A DNA stretch of 64,000 nucleotides from an uncultured delta proteobacterium (GTDB taxonomy: Bacteria; Myxococcota_A; Polyangia; Polyangiales; Polyangiaceae), in the NCBI GenBank assembly GCA_963841435.1, contig CAWJCS010000006.1:1632001-1696000 (forward strand). Direction: 5' to 3'. A model generated the notes under the pieces. It made no database searches, was not told the origin of the DNA, and was given only the letters and a program-made list of their open reading frames with translations. Each line of letters begins with the position of its first letter. Within the stretch, counting starts at the first letter, position 1. Made by a program: the position numbers and the translations under genes. Positions 1 to 10,956 of this stretch are shown here, one piece after another.

Positions 1-2
1 AT

Positions 3-239
3 GTCGAGGCCGACCAACCGCGACGCCTCGAGCCGGTGCTGCGCGGCGGCGCGCTGTTCGTGCCGCAGCACGAAGTGCATGTCGTCAGGCCGAGCGACGG
101 CGAGCTCCTCGGGACCGTTCCCACCGATCTCATCCCCGACCTACTCCGCGTCGACGACGCGTGCAGCGTCTACGTTGCGGAGGAGAGCGGGCACGTGGCG
201 GCGTTCGGCGTCGCGCCTCGCCTCACGCTCGTGCGCTGA
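3..239 (+). CDS. C-terminal part of a hypothetical protein (possible beta-propeller), runs in from before the window
   Basis: Open frame from position 3 to TGA at 237-239 with GC3-rich codons; beta-strand-like pattern (VHVVRPSDGELLG, SVYVAEESGHVAAF). Confidence 0.6.
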   Translation, partial: VEADQPRRLEPVLRGGALFVPQHEVHVVRPSDGELLGTVPTDLIPDLLRVDDACSVYVAEESGHVAAFGVAPRLTLVR

Positions 240-250
240 CCCGCTCCGAC

Positions 251-1075
251 TCAGCCGCTGTGCGCCTCGCCGCCGTCAACGAAGAGCACGTTGCCGTTGA
301 GCCAGTACGTGCAAGTCTGTGACAACGCCACGAGGGCGTTCGCCACGTCGTCCGGGACGGTGAGGCGGTGCGATGGATTCTTGCGGATCGCCACGCTTTG
401 CAGGCTTTCGGCGTTCGGGATCTTGTTCATCGAGGGCGTGTTGGTGACGCCCGCACAGATGGTGTTGGCCGTGATCCCGCGCGGGCCGAGCTCGAGCGCA
501 AGCTGACGGCAGTGCGACTCGAGCGCCGCCTTGGCCGCGCTGACCGCCCCGTACCCCGCCCACACCTGGCTCGAGCCCGTGCTCGTCATCGCGAAGATGC
601 GTCCGTCCGAACGCAAGAGGTCGTTCGAAAGCAGATCCTGCACCCAGTAGACGAGGCTGTGGGCCATGACGTCGAGCGTCATATCCATCTGCTTCTGGTT
701 CAGCTGCTCCACGGGCTCGGCCGAGACCAGAGGCCGCAGCGTGCCGAACGCGAGCGAATGCAGGAGCACGCGCACCTTCTCGCCTTTCTTACGCTCGGCG
801 AAGCGCTGCTTCACTTGCGAGAGGACCTCCGCTCGCTTTTCGGCGTCGCAGGCATTCACGTTGAAAAACCAGGCTTCCCTGCCCATCCCGCGAATCCGCT
901 CGGTGAGACGCTCCACGTTGGCGAGCGTCGAGCGACGATCGAGGTGGACGCCGATGATGTCCGAGCCGGCCTCGGCGAGCTTGAGACAGGCGGCGGCTCC
1001 GAAGCCGCTCGAGGCGCCGAGCACCAGCGCGAAGCCGTCGAGCGGTGGCAGGGGGATCTTGTTTGGGTCGGGCAT
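251..1075 (-). CDS. Short-chain dehydrogenase/reductase, enoyl-ACP reductase (FabL/FabI-like)
   Basis: GASSGFG Rossmann motif, Y-x6-K catalytic spacing (YGAVSAAK), C-terminal LFVDGG. Confidence 0.8.
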   Translation of the reverse strand: MPDPNKIPLPPLDGFALVLGASSGFGAAACLKLAEAGSDIIGVHLDRRSTLANVERLTERIRGMGREAWFFNVNACDAEKRAEVLSQVKQRFAERKKGEKVRVLLHSLAFGTLRPLVSAEPVEQLNQKQMDMTLDVMAHSLVYWVQDLLSNDLLRSDGRIFAMTSTGSSQVWAGYGAVSAAKAALESHCRQLALELGPRGITANTICAGVTNTPSMNKIPNAESLQSVAIRKNPSHRLTVPDDVANALVALSQTCTYWLNGNVLFVDGGEAHSG

Positions 1076-1170
1076 GACGTCGGGGCAGGATTCTTACTAC
1101 ACCGCGGCAGATGCCGGCTAGCCCGCAAGCCTCCCGAAGAAACGGCGGCCGATGCGGCGCGCGCGACGAG

Positions 1171-1647
1171 CTAGTGACCGCGAGGTGGCAGGGACGGAAC
1201 CCGCGCCGGCAGCGGCAGCGGACCTCCGACGGCGTCGGCCTTGTCGCGCACGAAGCGTGCGATCCGGCGGAAGGGAATGCGAACGGGGCAGATGGCTTCT
1301 TTGTCGGCGAGCACGGCGTCCGGCACGAAGCCGAAGCCGTACGCCGCCGCGCGAAACTCCGGCATGCTCCGCGACCCTGCCACCACGAGCGCCATGACGC
1401 CGCGATATGCTCCGCCCGAGCGCGCGATGCGCCCCGCCTCGCCGCGATCGCAGAGGCCGCAGGCGGTGCAACGCTCGAACGATGCGAACCGTGCGCGTTC
1501 CTCGGGGGTGACCGGTGGCAAGCCGTCGGCGTCGTAGTGCTCTCGGAAGCGGGCAAGGCCCTCACCCTCGCGCGCGAACAGGCGCCGGAGCAGCGTTCCG
1601 ATCAGCGCTACCAACAACAAAAGCAGCGCCTTGAATCGTCCGCTCAC
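1171..1647 (-). CDS. Membrane-anchored protein with a putative Fe-S binding motif
   Basis: N-terminal hydrophobic helix; CTACGLC plus distal CPVRIP motif. Confidence 0.6.
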   Translation of the reverse strand: MSGRFKALLLLLVALIGTLLRRLFAREGEGLARFREHYDADGLPPVTPEERARFASFERCTACGLCDRGEAGRIARSGGAYRGVMALVVAGSRSMPEFRAAAYGFGFVPDAVLADKEAICPVRIPFRRIARFVRDKADAVGGPLPLPARVPSLPPRGH

Positions 1648-1777
1648 TGACTCGCCTCGCGCTCAGTCTAGCGCCCTGGCCGATCGAGCGTGGGGAGAAC
1701 GACCCGCGCGTCGCGTACCACCTCGAGGTTAGCCCGCTCTCCCGACCCCGAGCGGGACGGAGAAAAGCCCGAGGTGA

Positions 1778-1802
1778 GCGTCACAGCGTGACGCTGTGAC
1801 GC
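1778..1802. promoter_or_regulatory. Perfect 12-bp inverted repeat (GCGTCACAGCGT-G-ACGCTGTGACGC), candidate operator
   Basis: Read directly; lies in the divergent intergenic gap ~110 bp upstream of the sigma factor start. Confidence 0.45.
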
Positions 1803-1912
1803 CCTGTTACGGATGCTCAACTAGCTGATTTCACTTACGTAAAAGCTTGGCACGGCGGGTGCTCAAGGGACGGCATGGGCCAACACGGCCCGCGCTCCGA
1901 AAGGCACCGAGC

Positions 1913-2569
1913 ATGTCGTCCCACGTCCCCTCGCCCACTCTCGAAAACAGCCCCCGCGCCCTCGCCATCCGCACCTTCACCGAAGCGAGCGACCTCGAGC
2001 TCGTCGAAGGGCTCGTGCACAATCATCCCGAGGCGTGGCAAGCCCTCACGCTCCGCTATGGCCGACTCATCCAGAGCTGCATCCAGCGCGTGACGGCGCG
2101 GTTCTCGTCCGTCGTTCAGAAGGACGATGCCGCCGAGATCTACTCGATGCTCTTCGTGCAGCTCCTTTCGAACGATCGCCACAAGCTTCGGACGTTCGCT
2201 CCGGAGCGTGGCTGCAAGCTCGGCACCTGGCTCGGCATGCTCGCGACGCACACCGCGTACGACTTTCTGCGCAGCATCCGCAAGGCGCCCCACGCGACCG
2301 GCCTCGCGGAGGCGGAGGTGCTCTCCGGCGACGCTCCCGACCCGTCCGAGGTCACCCTTCAGCACGAGCGCATGGCGCGCGTCTCCGCGGTGCTCGCCGA
2401 GTTCACGCACAAGGATCGGCAGTTTCTCGAGCTCTACTTCGCCCAAGGGCTCGAGCCGGACGAGGTGGCCCGGCGCATGGGCATCAGCGTCAAGACAGTC
2501 TACTCGAAAAAGCACAAAATCCAGCGGCGACTCCTCAGCCTGCTCGGCACTCCCGCCCTCGCCGCCTGA
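1913..2569 (+). CDS. ECF-type RNA polymerase sigma-70 factor
   Basis: Region 2 (DAAEIYSMLFVQL...TWLGMLATHTAYDFLR) and region 4 HTH (EVARRMGISVKTVYSKKHKI). Confidence 0.85.
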   Translation: MSSHVPSPTLENSPRALAIRTFTEASDLELVEGLVHNHPEAWQALTLRYGRLIQSCIQRVTARFSSVVQKDDAAEIYSMLFVQLLSNDRHKLRTFAPERGCKLGTWLGMLATHTAYDFLRSIRKAPHATGLAEAEVLSGDAPDPSEVTLQHERMARVSAVLAEFTHKDRQFLELYFAQGLEPDEVARRMGISVKTVYSKKHKIQRRLLSLLGTPALAA

Positions 2570-2615
2570 GCCCGCCCGGGTGCCGAGGGCGCCGCGTGTC
2601 GTGGTAGGACGACGC

Positions 2616-4961
2616 GTGGCTCGTCTGTCCGCCACCCTGCTCGTGCTCGCAGCGTTCGGTTGCCACGGCGAAGGCACGCCGAAGGTTCCGCTCGTGCCGG
2701 GCGGCCAGGGTCCCCGTCTTGCCGAGCGCGCGCTTGCCGAGCGCCCCAAGCTCGTGCTCGTACCCCGCGAAGGCAATCCGGCGGGTGCGGTGGCGTTCGT
2801 GGTCGAAAGCGACGCGGGCTCGCTCGCTGCCGCGGTGACCTCCGCCTTCGTCGCAGCGCGACTCGAAGCACGCGGCGTGCGGGGCGTGAGCAGCCGACCC
2901 CACGCGCTCGGCTTCTCGCTTTCCATGCTCGTCGCCGACGCCAAGCAAGCGGCCCGCTTCGAGAGCGCGCTCGAGGCCTCGCTCGCGCAAGCGCCCCGCG
3001 CGGGTGAGCCAGCGCTAAAGGCAGCCGCGACGGCGGCGGCCGCACTCGCGACGCTCCCCGTGCTCGGCGCGGCCCAGTCGGCCGTCACCTCCTGCTCCGG
3101 CGAGCTCGCGCGACCAGCTGGCGAGCCACGCTGGGGCCCCACGGCAACGGGGCTCGCGACGCTCTCCGGCTGGCTCCGCGCGGCCCGCTCGGGACGCGCG
3201 AGCGCCTTCGGCGCCGTTGGCCCGGCGTCGGTGCTCACCGGCATCGAGGCGTCCCTCGAGCGGGGCCCCGACTGGCCCGACGGACCGGAGCCGACCGACA
3301 CGTGGCCCGCGGCCGACGCGCTCGGCGTCAACTTCACGCCCGGTGCCGCGCGTCACCTGTCGGTGGCCGTGCGCGTCGAGAGCGCCGCCCTGGCCGTCGG
3401 CGCCGCTGAGGAGCTCGCGGCGACCGAGAGCATGCTGACGGCCCGGCTCGCGGCGCTGCGTCCGCCGTGGCGGCTCGAGCGAGCGAGCGCCAGCAGCCGG
3501 GCGCGCGGCGCGTGCATTCGCCTCGACCTGACGCCCCCCGCGGGTGACCCCGGGCCGAACCCACCCGACGTGGCGCACGCGCTCGCCGTGGCATCCCAGG
3601 AGCTCGACGCAGCGCTCGCAACGCCCGCGAGCACCGCGCTCGAGCGAGCCGTGCTCGCGCCCAAGGATCCGAGAGACGCAGCGGCCGCGGCGGCCTGGAG
3701 CGCGCTCACGAAGCGCGTCCGCCCGGGCGCCCGCCGGCGACTCGCCGCCTATGTCACGAGCCCCGCCGAGCAGCCCCTGGACCTCGCTGGCGCCGTGGCA
3801 CGCGAGCGCGCTTTCGCCGCGCGACCGAGCGTCGAGCTCTTGGTGCGGAGCGAGCGCGGCCAGGCGCGCATCCTCGCGCTCCTCGGCTCCGCGTGCGGCA
3901 CGGCCCTCGAAAGCGACGCCGACGCCGGCGAAGCCGCGCTCGTCGTGACAGCGCTCGCGTCGGGCGCCCCGCGCGACGGCGTCACGTTCTCGCCGTACGT
4001 CACGACCGGTGGCCTGGGGCTGCTCGTCGAGGCCGCACGCCGCCCGGGCGAGTCCTCGGGTGCGCAGGCGGTGCGGCTCGGGCGCGCGCTCGGTGCCCGG
4101 CTCGCGGCGCTGCATCCGTCGCCGACCGAGGTCGCCGCGGTCCGCGAAGCTCTGCTGCACACCATCGGCGCACACGAGCGGCCCGGCTTCTTCGCGGCGC
4201 TCGGTGCCACGACGCGCGGGCACTCGTCGTGGCTCGAGCCTCGCGGCACGCCCGGAGGGCTCGAGAGCGCGCCGGCGGGCGGCTTCGAGGCGGCGCTCGC
4301 CCGTTTCCTTTCACACCCGCTGCGCCTCGCCGTGCTCGCCAACGACGACGGCGCACAGGCTGACACCGTGCGAAAGGCCGTGGAGCAACTGCTGCGTCCC
4401 GTGCGCGGCACCGTGACGCGCTGCCCGAACCGCCCACCGCCGACCCCCGAGACGAGCGAGCTGACACTGCTCGCGGAGCCCGACGAGCAGGGCAAGACCA
4501 TCATGTCCGTGCCGTTCCCGCCCGCGCGTGGCCGGCTGCCCCGCGAGGCCCGTGCGAGCGTTCTGCTCCTCAACGGGCCTCGGGGCTGGCTCGCGGAGTC
4601 GCTCACCGACCTGTCAGCGTCGGCCTCGGCCACGGCGCTCGGCGGCCCGGAGGCCGCGGCGCTCGTAATCGAAGTCCTGGCGACGGCGGGGAGCGAGCAA
4701 GCCGCGCTCACCCGCATTCTCGCGCTGCTGGATCGGCTCGCGGCGGGGACGATCCCGGCCAGGGACGCCGCGGTGGCGCGCCAGACGCTCGAGCAGCAGG
4801 ATGCCGAGGCTCGCCTCGACCCGCGGGTCCGTCTCGTGGAGCTCTTCCAGGGCCAGACGGACGCCGGGCCGCTCGACGTGAAGCGTCTCGCGGCTTTCTT
4901 CGCCTCGCTCCGTCGGGAGAGCGCGGTCGTCGTGACCGTCGCCCCGCGCGGCGCGCCGTGA
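2616..4961 (+). CDS. Large Ala-rich hypothetical lipoprotein
   Basis: GTG start with upstream AGGA; lipobox LLVLAAFGC; long open frame ending 20 bp before guaA. Confidence 0.6.
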   Translation: MARLSATLLVLAAFGCHGEGTPKVPLVPGGQGPRLAERALAERPKLVLVPREGNPAGAVAFVVESDAGSLAAAVTSAFVAARLEARGVRGVSSRPHALGFSLSMLVADAKQAARFESALEASLAQAPRAGEPALKAAATAAAALATLPVLGAAQSAVTSCSGELARPAGEPRWGPTATGLATLSGWLRAARSGRASAFGAVGPASVLTGIEASLERGPDWPDGPEPTDTWPAADALGVNFTPGAARHLSVAVRVESAALAVGAAEELAATESMLTARLAALRPPWRLERASASSRARGACIRLDLTPPAGDPGPNPPDVAHALAVASQELDAALATPASTALERAVLAPKDPRDAAAAAAWSALTKRVRPGARRRLAAYVTSPAEQPLDLAGAVARERAFAARPSVELLVRSERGQARILALLGSACGTALESDADAGEAALVVTALASGAPRDGVTFSPYVTTGGLGLLVEAARRPGESSGAQAVRLGRALGARLAALHPSPTEVAAVREALLHTIGAHERPGFFAALGATTRGHSSWLEPRGTPGGLESAPAGGFEAALARFLSHPLRLAVLANDDGAQADTVRKAVEQLLRPVRGTVTRCPNRPPPTPETSELTLLAEPDEQGKTIMSVPFPPARGRLPREARASVLLLNGPRGWLAESLTDLSASASATALGGPEAAALVIEVLATAGSEQAALTRILALLDRLAAGTIPARDAAVARQTLEQQDAEARLDPRVRLVELFQGQTDAGPLDVKRLAAFFASLRRESAVVVTVAPRGAP

Positions 4962-4980
4962 TAGCCGAGACCCCAAGTCC

Positions 4981-6531
4981 ATGGCGGTCCGCCAGTCCGT
5001 TCTGATCCTCGACTTCGGCTCCCAGTACACGCAGCTCATCGCGCGCCGCATCCGCGAGTGCCACGTGTACTGCGAGATCCAACCCGGAACCCTCTCGGCC
5101 GCCGAGGTGGCGAAGCTCTCGCCGCAGGCCATCGTGCTGAGCGGCGGCCCCCAAAGCGTCTACGACGCGGCCTCGCCGCAGCTCGACGCGGAGGTGCTCG
5201 GCCTCGGGGTGCCCGTGCTCGGCATCTGCTACGGCGAGCAGCTCATCGCCCACAAGCTCGGCGGGAAGGTCGAGCCGAGCAGCAAGCGCGAGTACGGCCC
5301 GGCGCGCGTCCGCGTGAAGGAATCGGTGGGCATCTTCGCGCCCTTCAGCGTCGGCGAAGAGCTCGGGGTCTGGATGAGCCACGGCGACCGACTCACGCAG
5401 ACTCCGCCCGGCTTTCGCACGATCGGTGCGAGCGAAGCGGCCGAGCACGCCGCTATCGCCGACCCGGAACGTCAGCTCTACGCCATCCAGTTTCACCCCG
5501 AGGTCGCCCACACGCCGCGCGGCGTCGAGATCCTGCGTGCCTTCCTGTTCGACGTCGCCAAGCTGACGCCGGACTGGACGCCCGGCTCGTTCGTCGACGA
5601 GGCGGTCGCGGCGATCACGGCGCGCGTCGGCGCGAACGAGCGCGTGATCTGCGGCCTGAGCGGCGGCGTCGACTCGTCCGTCGCCGCCGTGCTCTGCCAC
5701 CGTGCGCTCGGCGACCGGCTCGTCTGCATCTTCGTCGACAACGGGCTGCTCCGCGAGGGCGAGTACGAGAGCGTCGTCCGCACGATGCGCTCGAGCTTTC
5801 ACCTGAATCTCGTGCCGGTGGACGCACGGGAACGCTTCCTCACGGCCCTCGCGGGTGTCACCGACCCCGAAACGAAACGGAAGATCATCGGCCGCGTCTT
5901 CATCGAGGTGTTCGACGAGCACGCCACCCATGTCGAGAACGCGAAGTACCTCGTGCAGGGCACGCTCTACCCCGACGTCATCGAGAGCGTGAGCGTGCGG
6001 GGTCCGAGCGCCGTCATCAAGAGCCACCACAACGTCGGCGGGCTACCGGAGCGCATGAAGCTCGGCCTCATCGAGCCCCTGCGCGAGCTCTTCAAGGACG
6101 AGGTGCGCAACGTCGGCGAGGCGCTCGGCATGCCGCACGACGTGCTCTACCGTCACCCCTTCCCTGGCCCCGGCCTTGCCGTGCGCTGCTTGGGTGACCT
6201 CAGCGAGACACGCCTCGCCGTCTTGCGACGCGCCGACGCGATCGTCGACGAGGAAATCCGCGCAGCGGGTCTCTACGAAAGCGTGTGGCAGTCGTTCGCG
6301 GTGCTCTTACCCGTGAAGAGCGTGGGCGTCATGGGCGACGACCGCACCTACGAGGAGACCTGCGTCGTGCGAGCCGTCACCTCGAGCGATGGCATGACGG
6401 CCGATTGGGCGCGCTTGCCGCACGACGTGCTCGCGACCATCAGCAGTCGTATCATCAACGAGGTGAAGGGCATCAACCGCGTGGCGTACGACATCAGCTC
6501 CAAGCCCCCCTCCACCATCGAGTGGGAATGA
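4981..6531 (+). CDS. guaA: GMP synthase (glutamine-hydrolysing)
   Basis: [58 protein letters not shown]. Confidence 0.98.
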   Translation: MAVRQSVLILDFGSQYTQLIARRIRECHVYCEIQPGTLSAAEVAKLSPQAIVLSGGPQSVYDAASPQLDAEVLGLGVPVLGICYGEQLIAHKLGGKVEPSSKREYGPARVRVKESVGIFAPFSVGEELGVWMSHGDRLTQTPPGFRTIGASEAAEHAAIADPERQLYAIQFHPEVAHTPRGVEILRAFLFDVAKLTPDWTPGSFVDEAVAAITARVGANERVICGLSGGVDSSVAAVLCHRALGDRLVCIFVDNGLLREGEYESVVRTMRSSFHLNLVPVDARERFLTALAGVTDPETKRKIIGRVFIEVFDEHATHVENAKYLVQGTLYPDVIESVSVRGPSAVIKSHHNVGGLPERMKLGLIEPLRELFKDEVRNVGEALGMPHDVLYRHPFPGPGLAVRCLGDLSETRLAVLRRADAIVDEEIRAAGLYESVWQSFAVLLPVKSVGVMGDDRTYEETCVVRAVTSSDGMTADWARLPHDVLATISSRIINEVKGINRVAYDISSKPPSTIEWE

Positions 6532-6887
6532 GCGAAGGCAAGCCGAAGCTCTCGACACGCGTCACGGCGTGGCTCGCGATCCTCGGCACGTTCGGCTACA
6601 TCGTCGCGATCGCCATCGCGCTTCTCACGGGTTGCGGCCCGGAGCTCAAGCCCGCCGTCTCCCTGCACATCGAGACGCTCGACAAGACGCCGCGCAACGC
6701 CTCGGTCACCATCGACGAGCAGTACATCGGCCCCTTGGGCTACGTCGCCGCGCGCGGCGTGCGGCTGCCGGTCGGCCAGCACAGAATCAGCGTCGAAAAG
6801 CCGGGCTACTTCCCGTTCGACGCGCTCGTGAGCGCCGACCGAGACGACGTCACCGTGAAGGTCAAGCTCGAGCCCGTGCCGGACTGA
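6528..6887 (+). CDS. PEGA-domain lipoprotein
   Basis: ATGA overlap with the guaA stop; LLTGC lipobox; [24 protein letters not shown] pattern. Confidence 0.75.
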   Translation: MSEGKPKLSTRVTAWLAILGTFGYIVAIAIALLTGCGPELKPAVSLHIETLDKTPRNASVTIDEQYIGPLGYVAARGVRLPVGQHRISVEKPGYFPFDALVSADRDDVTVKVKLEPVPD

Positions 6888-6889
6888 GC

Positions 6890-7651
6890 ATGTTCGAGAC
6901 GTCCGGGCCCTCGAAAGCGCTCAGCTCCGTCGTCAACGGCTTCTGGGAGCGTCGGGGCACGGGCGCCGAGCACCGCATCCTGCCCGACGGTTGCCTCGAC
7001 TTTTTTTTCGACCTCGCGAGCGGCGAAGCGCGCGTCGTCGGCGCGATGACGGCGGCGCGCCTGTACCGCGCCGAGCCCGCTGCTCACGTTTTCGGCGTCC
7101 GGTTTCGACCGGGCCGCGCGGCAACGTTCCTCGACGAGCGCGCCGATGCGCTCACGGACGAAACGCCCGCCCTCGCGGACTTTCGCCGCGGGCTCTTCGC
7201 CCGACTCGGGGCACCCCTCGCCGAGGCAACGAGCTTCGCCGAGCGGCGGGCCGTCGTCGAAAGGGCCCTCCTCGAGCCCGGTGCGCGGAGCCGCGCAGCC
7301 GATGCTCGCCTCGATCGCGCCGTTCGGTTGCTCGAGGCGTCGCACGGCCGCACGTCGCTGGGTGACGTCGCCCGTGCCGTCGATCTCGGCGAGCGCCACC
7401 TCGAGCGGCTCTTCGCCGAGCGCGTCGGCGTCGGCCCCAAGCTGTTCTCGCGCGTGAAGCGTCTCGAACGCGCCCTCTCCCTGCTGGAGGCCCCGCTGTC
7501 GAGCCAGGCCGCGCTCGCAGCGCAGGCAGGCTACGCCGACGAGCCGCACCTCCTGCGCGAGCTCCGCGCCCTCGCCGGCGCCACCCCGCGCACCCTGCGC
7601 GCCGAACGCCATGTCGGATCCGTTCAAGCGCCGCCGGCAACCGGGCTCTAA
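6890..7651 (+). CDS. AraC-family transcriptional regulator
   Basis: RILPDGCLD N-terminal motif; ERHLERLFAERVGVGPK and AGYADEPHLLRELR HTH motifs. Confidence 0.88.
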   Translation: MFETSGPSKALSSVVNGFWERRGTGAEHRILPDGCLDFFFDLASGEARVVGAMTAARLYRAEPAAHVFGVRFRPGRAATFLDERADALTDETPALADFRRGLFARLGAPLAEATSFAERRAVVERALLEPGARSRAADARLDRAVRLLEASHGRTSLGDVARAVDLGERHLERLFAERVGVGPKLFSRVKRLERALSLLEAPLSSQAALAAQAGYADEPHLLRELRALAGATPRTLRAERHVGSVQAPPATGL

Positions 7652-7677
7652 GTCAACCTCACCCGGAGGTTTTTCCC

Positions 7678-8049
7678 ATGCTCAAAAAGCTCACGACCCT
7701 CATCGTCGTCGAAGCGATCGAACCGTGCCTGCCCAATTGGGAGGCGCTTGGCTACACCGTCGCGGTTCGCGTGCCCGACCAGGGCGCGCTCGACTTCGTC
7801 ATCCTACGAGCCGAATGCGGTGAGCTCATGCTCCAAACGAACCAAAGCCTCGCGTCCGACGTGCCCCCCGTCGCCGCGCGCAGCCCGCGCACGCTGCTCT
7901 ATGCCAACGTCCCGTCGCTCGCGAACGCCAAGCGCGCGCTCGACGGCGCGGAGGTTCTCATCGCCGAGCGCCAAACGTTCTACGGCGCCACGGAGGCGTG
8001 GCTCGCGCTCGGCGACGGCACCATCCTCGGTCTCGCCGAGCACGGCTGA
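7678..8049 (+). CDS. VOC/glyoxalase-family protein
   Basis: GGAGG RBS; ELMLQ, LYANV, RQTFYGATE pattern; typical partner of the upstream AraC gene. Confidence 0.7.
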   Translation: MLKKLTTLIVVEAIEPCLPNWEALGYTVAVRVPDQGALDFVILRAECGELMLQTNQSLASDVPPVAARSPRTLLYANVPSLANAKRALDGAEVLIAERQTFYGATEAWLALGDGTILGLAEHG

Positions 8050-8205
8050 AACACACGCCCGAAACGCACACCCCCGCCGCGGCGAAGGGCCCCGCGTCGA
8101 GCCAATCCGGCCCTCACCGCTGGCCCGGATGCATGGCAGCGCGCCGTGAGCTAGGCTCCGCGCCCCTCCGCCCGAGGAGGAGAACGAACGCAAAACCGAC
8201 ACCTT

Positions 8206-8282
8206 CGGGGTGTACCTCAACCTGGTAGAGGGCCGGCTTTGGGTGCCGGCTGTTGCAGGTTCAAATCCTGCCACCCCGACCA
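8206..8282 (+). tRNA. tRNA-Pro (anticodon TGG)
   Basis: Acceptor stem CGGGGTG/CACCCCG, anticodon arm CCGGC-TTTGGGT-GCCGG, T arm GCAGG-TTCAAAT-CCTGC, encoded CCA. Confidence 0.95.
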
Positions 8283-8364
8283 CACCCGCGCCGCTGGCAG
8301 CACCCGTCCGAGAACGCACCGGGGCCCGCCTCCCCCCCGGCGACCCGTGCTGCCCGGCAGGCGC

Positions 8365-8706
8365 TCAATCCTCGACGAACGCACGCAGGCGCTCGAGCGT
8401 TTCGTCCCACTCGCCGGAGATGGCGTCGAGCAGGCGACGTGCGTGAGAAAGACGCAGCGTCTCGAGCCGGCAGACGCTCTCGCGTCCCGCTCGCTCGACC
8501 GTGAGCAGACCGGCGCCCGCGAGCACGCTGAGGTGCTTGGTCACGGCCTGGCGCGAGACGCCGGCGCCCTCGACGAGGCGCGTGATCGAGAGCGGGCCCT
8601 CGGACGAGAGGCGAGCCACGACGCGCAGGCGGCGCTCGTCGCCGAGCGCGGCGAACAGGCGTGCTTGCTGCCGGTCCGCGCGCGCCACCTCGCTACGCCG
8701 CCGCAT
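8365..8706 (-). CDS. ArsR/SmtB-family transcriptional regulator
   Basis: LFAALGDERRLRVV, VSRQAVTKHLSVL, GRE wing, WDETLERLRAFVE; start overlaps the SRPBCC gene stop. Confidence 0.9.
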   Translation of the reverse strand: MRRRSEVARADRQQARLFAALGDERRLRVVARLSSEGPLSITRLVEGAGVSRQAVTKHLSVLAGAGLLTVERAGRESVCRLETLRLSHARRLLDAISGEWDETLERLRAFVED

Positions 8707-9187
8707 CGAGGTACTTCTCGATGAGCCGCGTCTGCGCTTCCCAGCCGCCCTCGTTCGCCGTGAAGGCCTTGAGCCGCCGCTCGAGAGGGATGCGATCGAA
8801 GCCCGACTCCGTGATGGTGAGACGAGTCCCACCGTGCACTTTTTCGAGGGCGAACGTGACGAGCGTCGAGGGTTCCTCCGAATAGTCAACGCCTGTCTCG
8901 ATCGCGAAGGGGTGCCAGCGAAACGAGAACGATCGCTCGGGCTCGATGCGCTCGACCGTGAATGTGACGGACAGACCGCGGTGCGGCTCCTGAAGCTTGG
9001 CCACCTCCGGATCGACGCGTGTCGGCACGATGCGCGCCCCAACGCGCTCCCCCTCGACGAAAGCCCCGTCGATCTCGACGCCGAACCACGCGCCGAACTC
9101 TCGCGCGTCGCTGATGGCGCGCCAGACGCGCGACGACGACGCGCGCAGAACGATGGTCTTTTCGATGCGATCGGGGACGCCGGCCAT
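8693..9187 (-). CDS. SRPBCC/AHSA1-like (START fold) protein
   Basis: GGAGG RBS; RIEKTIVL..RVWRAISD..FGAWFG, FSFRWHP, TRLTITESGFD, NEGGW. Confidence 0.9.
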   Translation of the reverse strand: MAGVPDRIEKTIVLRASSSRVWRAISDAREFGAWFGVEIDGAFVEGERVGARIVPTRVDPEVAKLQEPHRGLSVTFTVERIEPERSFSFRWHPFAIETGVDYSEEPSTLVTFALEKVHGGTRLTITESGFDRIPLERRLKAFTANEGGWEAQTRLIEKYLDAAA

Positions 9188-9306
9188 GAGCAACCTCCAG
9201 GTTGCGCATCCGATAGCGCGCCCGGGCACGCAACGCAACCCTGCGGTTGCCCTTTGGCTGACCCTCACCAAAGGCTCACGGGCCGGACCGGTGGTACCCT
9301 CCGCTC

Positions 9307-10956
9307 GTGACGGGTGAACCTCGGTCGAGCCTCATCGAGCGCGGACGCGCTCACTACGCGAGCCGCGCGTGGGCCGACGCCTACGACGCCCTGACATCAG
9401 CCTCGCGCGCGGAGCCGCTCGACGTAGCGGACGTCGAACGGCTTGCCTTTTGCGCCGCCATGCTCTCGCGCGACCAGGAGATGCTCGAGGGGCTCGAGCG
9501 CGCGCACGACCTCTACCTCGCCGCCGGAAATGCGGAGGCGGCAGCGCGCACTGCATTCTGGCAAGGCTTCCGGCTCGCTGGCATGGGCGAGATCGGCCGC
9601 AGCAGCGCCTGGTTCGGCCGTGCCCAGCAGCTCGTCGAGCGCCTCGGCGAGCCGTCCGTGCTCGACGGGTTCTTGCTGCTGCCGGCCTGTGCTCGCCACC
9701 TCGCGAGTGGCGAGCCCGAAAAAGCAGCCGAAACCGCGGCTCGCGCCGGCGAGATCGCCCGGCGCTACGCTGATCCCGATCTCGAAGCGCTCTCCCAGAG
9801 CTGGCACGGACGCGCCCTTTTGAGGCTCGGCGAGCTCGAGCGCGGCCTGACGTTGCTCGACCTCAGCATGCTCACGGCGTCCGGTTCGACGGTGACGCCG
9901 GCGGTCGTCGGCGTCGTCTACTGCAGTGCCATCAGCAACTGCACGCGTGTCTTCGCGCTCGATCGGGCACGCGAATGGACGCGCGAGCTGACGCGTTTCT
10001 GCGACGCCCACCCCCAGATGATCACGTTCAGCAGCACGTGCCACGTGCACTGCTCCGAGGTGTACCAGGCGACGGGCAAGTGGTCGGAGGCGGAACGGGA
10101 AGCCGAGCGCGCCATCGATCGCATTCCGGACGGCGCGACGATCGACCCGGGCCCGCTCGCGCTCGCGCTCTATCAACGAGCCGAGCTCAAGCGCTTGCTC
10201 GGCGAGTTCGACGAGGCCGAGCGGCTCTACCGGCAAGCGAGCGAGAACGGGCGCGAGCCGCAGCCGGGGCTCGCCTTGCTTCGCCTCGCGCAGGGAAAGC
10301 ACGACCAGGCGACCGTCGCGATCCGGCGCGTGCTCGCGGGCACGACTTCGACTTACGACCGGATGTGCCTGCTGCCCGCCGCGGTGGAGGTGCTGCTCGC
10401 GGCGGGCGCGCTCGACGAGGCTCGCGTGCTCGTCGAGGAGCTCGAAGCCGCCCTGCCTCGCTACCCGAACGAGGTGCTGCGAGCGACGGCGGCCCATGCG
10501 CGCGGCTCCCTCTGCCTCGCCGAGGGGGATCCCCGTGCGGCGCTCACCCCCCTGGGCGCAGCGTTCGAAGCCTGGCAGCGCATCGGGGCGCCCTATCTTG
10601 CCGCCCGCGTCCGCGTGGAGCTCGGTCGGGCTTGCGAAAAGCTCGGCGATCGCGACGGTGCCGAGCTCGCCTTCGCCGCGTCGCGCGCGATCTTCGAGAG
10701 CCTCGGAGCACGGCACGACCTCGAGCGAATCGGCGCCCCGACGGCCGCGCCTGCGGCAGCCGGCGGGCTCACGCCGCGCGAGCTCGAGGTGCTCCGTCTC
10801 GTCGCCGCCGGCCTCACGAACAAGGTCATCGCGGCACGCCTGTCGCTCAGCGAAAAGACCGTCGATCGCCACCTTTCGAACATCTTCGTCAAGCTGAACG
10901 TCAGCTCCCGCTCGGCGGCCACGGCGTACGCGTTCCAGCACGGGCTTGCCGAATAG
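9307..10956 (+). CDS. LuxR-type HTH transcriptional regulator with TPR-like helical N-terminus
   Basis: C-terminal LTPRELEVLRLVAAGLTNKVIAARLSLSEKTVDRHLSNIFVKL. Confidence 0.9.
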   Translation: MTGEPRSSLIERGRAHYASRAWADAYDALTSASRAEPLDVADVERLAFCAAMLSRDQEMLEGLERAHDLYLAAGNAEAAARTAFWQGFRLAGMGEIGRSSAWFGRAQQLVERLGEPSVLDGFLLLPACARHLASGEPEKAAETAARAGEIARRYADPDLEALSQSWHGRALLRLGELERGLTLLDLSMLTASGSTVTPAVVGVVYCSAISNCTRVFALDRAREWTRELTRFCDAHPQMITFSSTCHVHCSEVYQATGKWSEAEREAERAIDRIPDGATIDPGPLALALYQRAELKRLLGEFDEAERLYRQASENGREPQPGLALLRLAQGKHDQATVAIRRVLAGTTSTYDRMCLLPAAVEVLLAAGALDEARVLVEELEAALPRYPNEVLRATAAHARGSLCLAEGDPRAALTPLGAAFEAWQRIGAPYLAARVRVELGRACEKLGDRDGAELAFAASRAIFESLGARHDLERIGAPTAAPAAAGGLTPRELEVLRLVAAGLTNKVIAARLSLSEKTVDRHLSNIFVKLNVSSRSAATAYAFQHGLAE

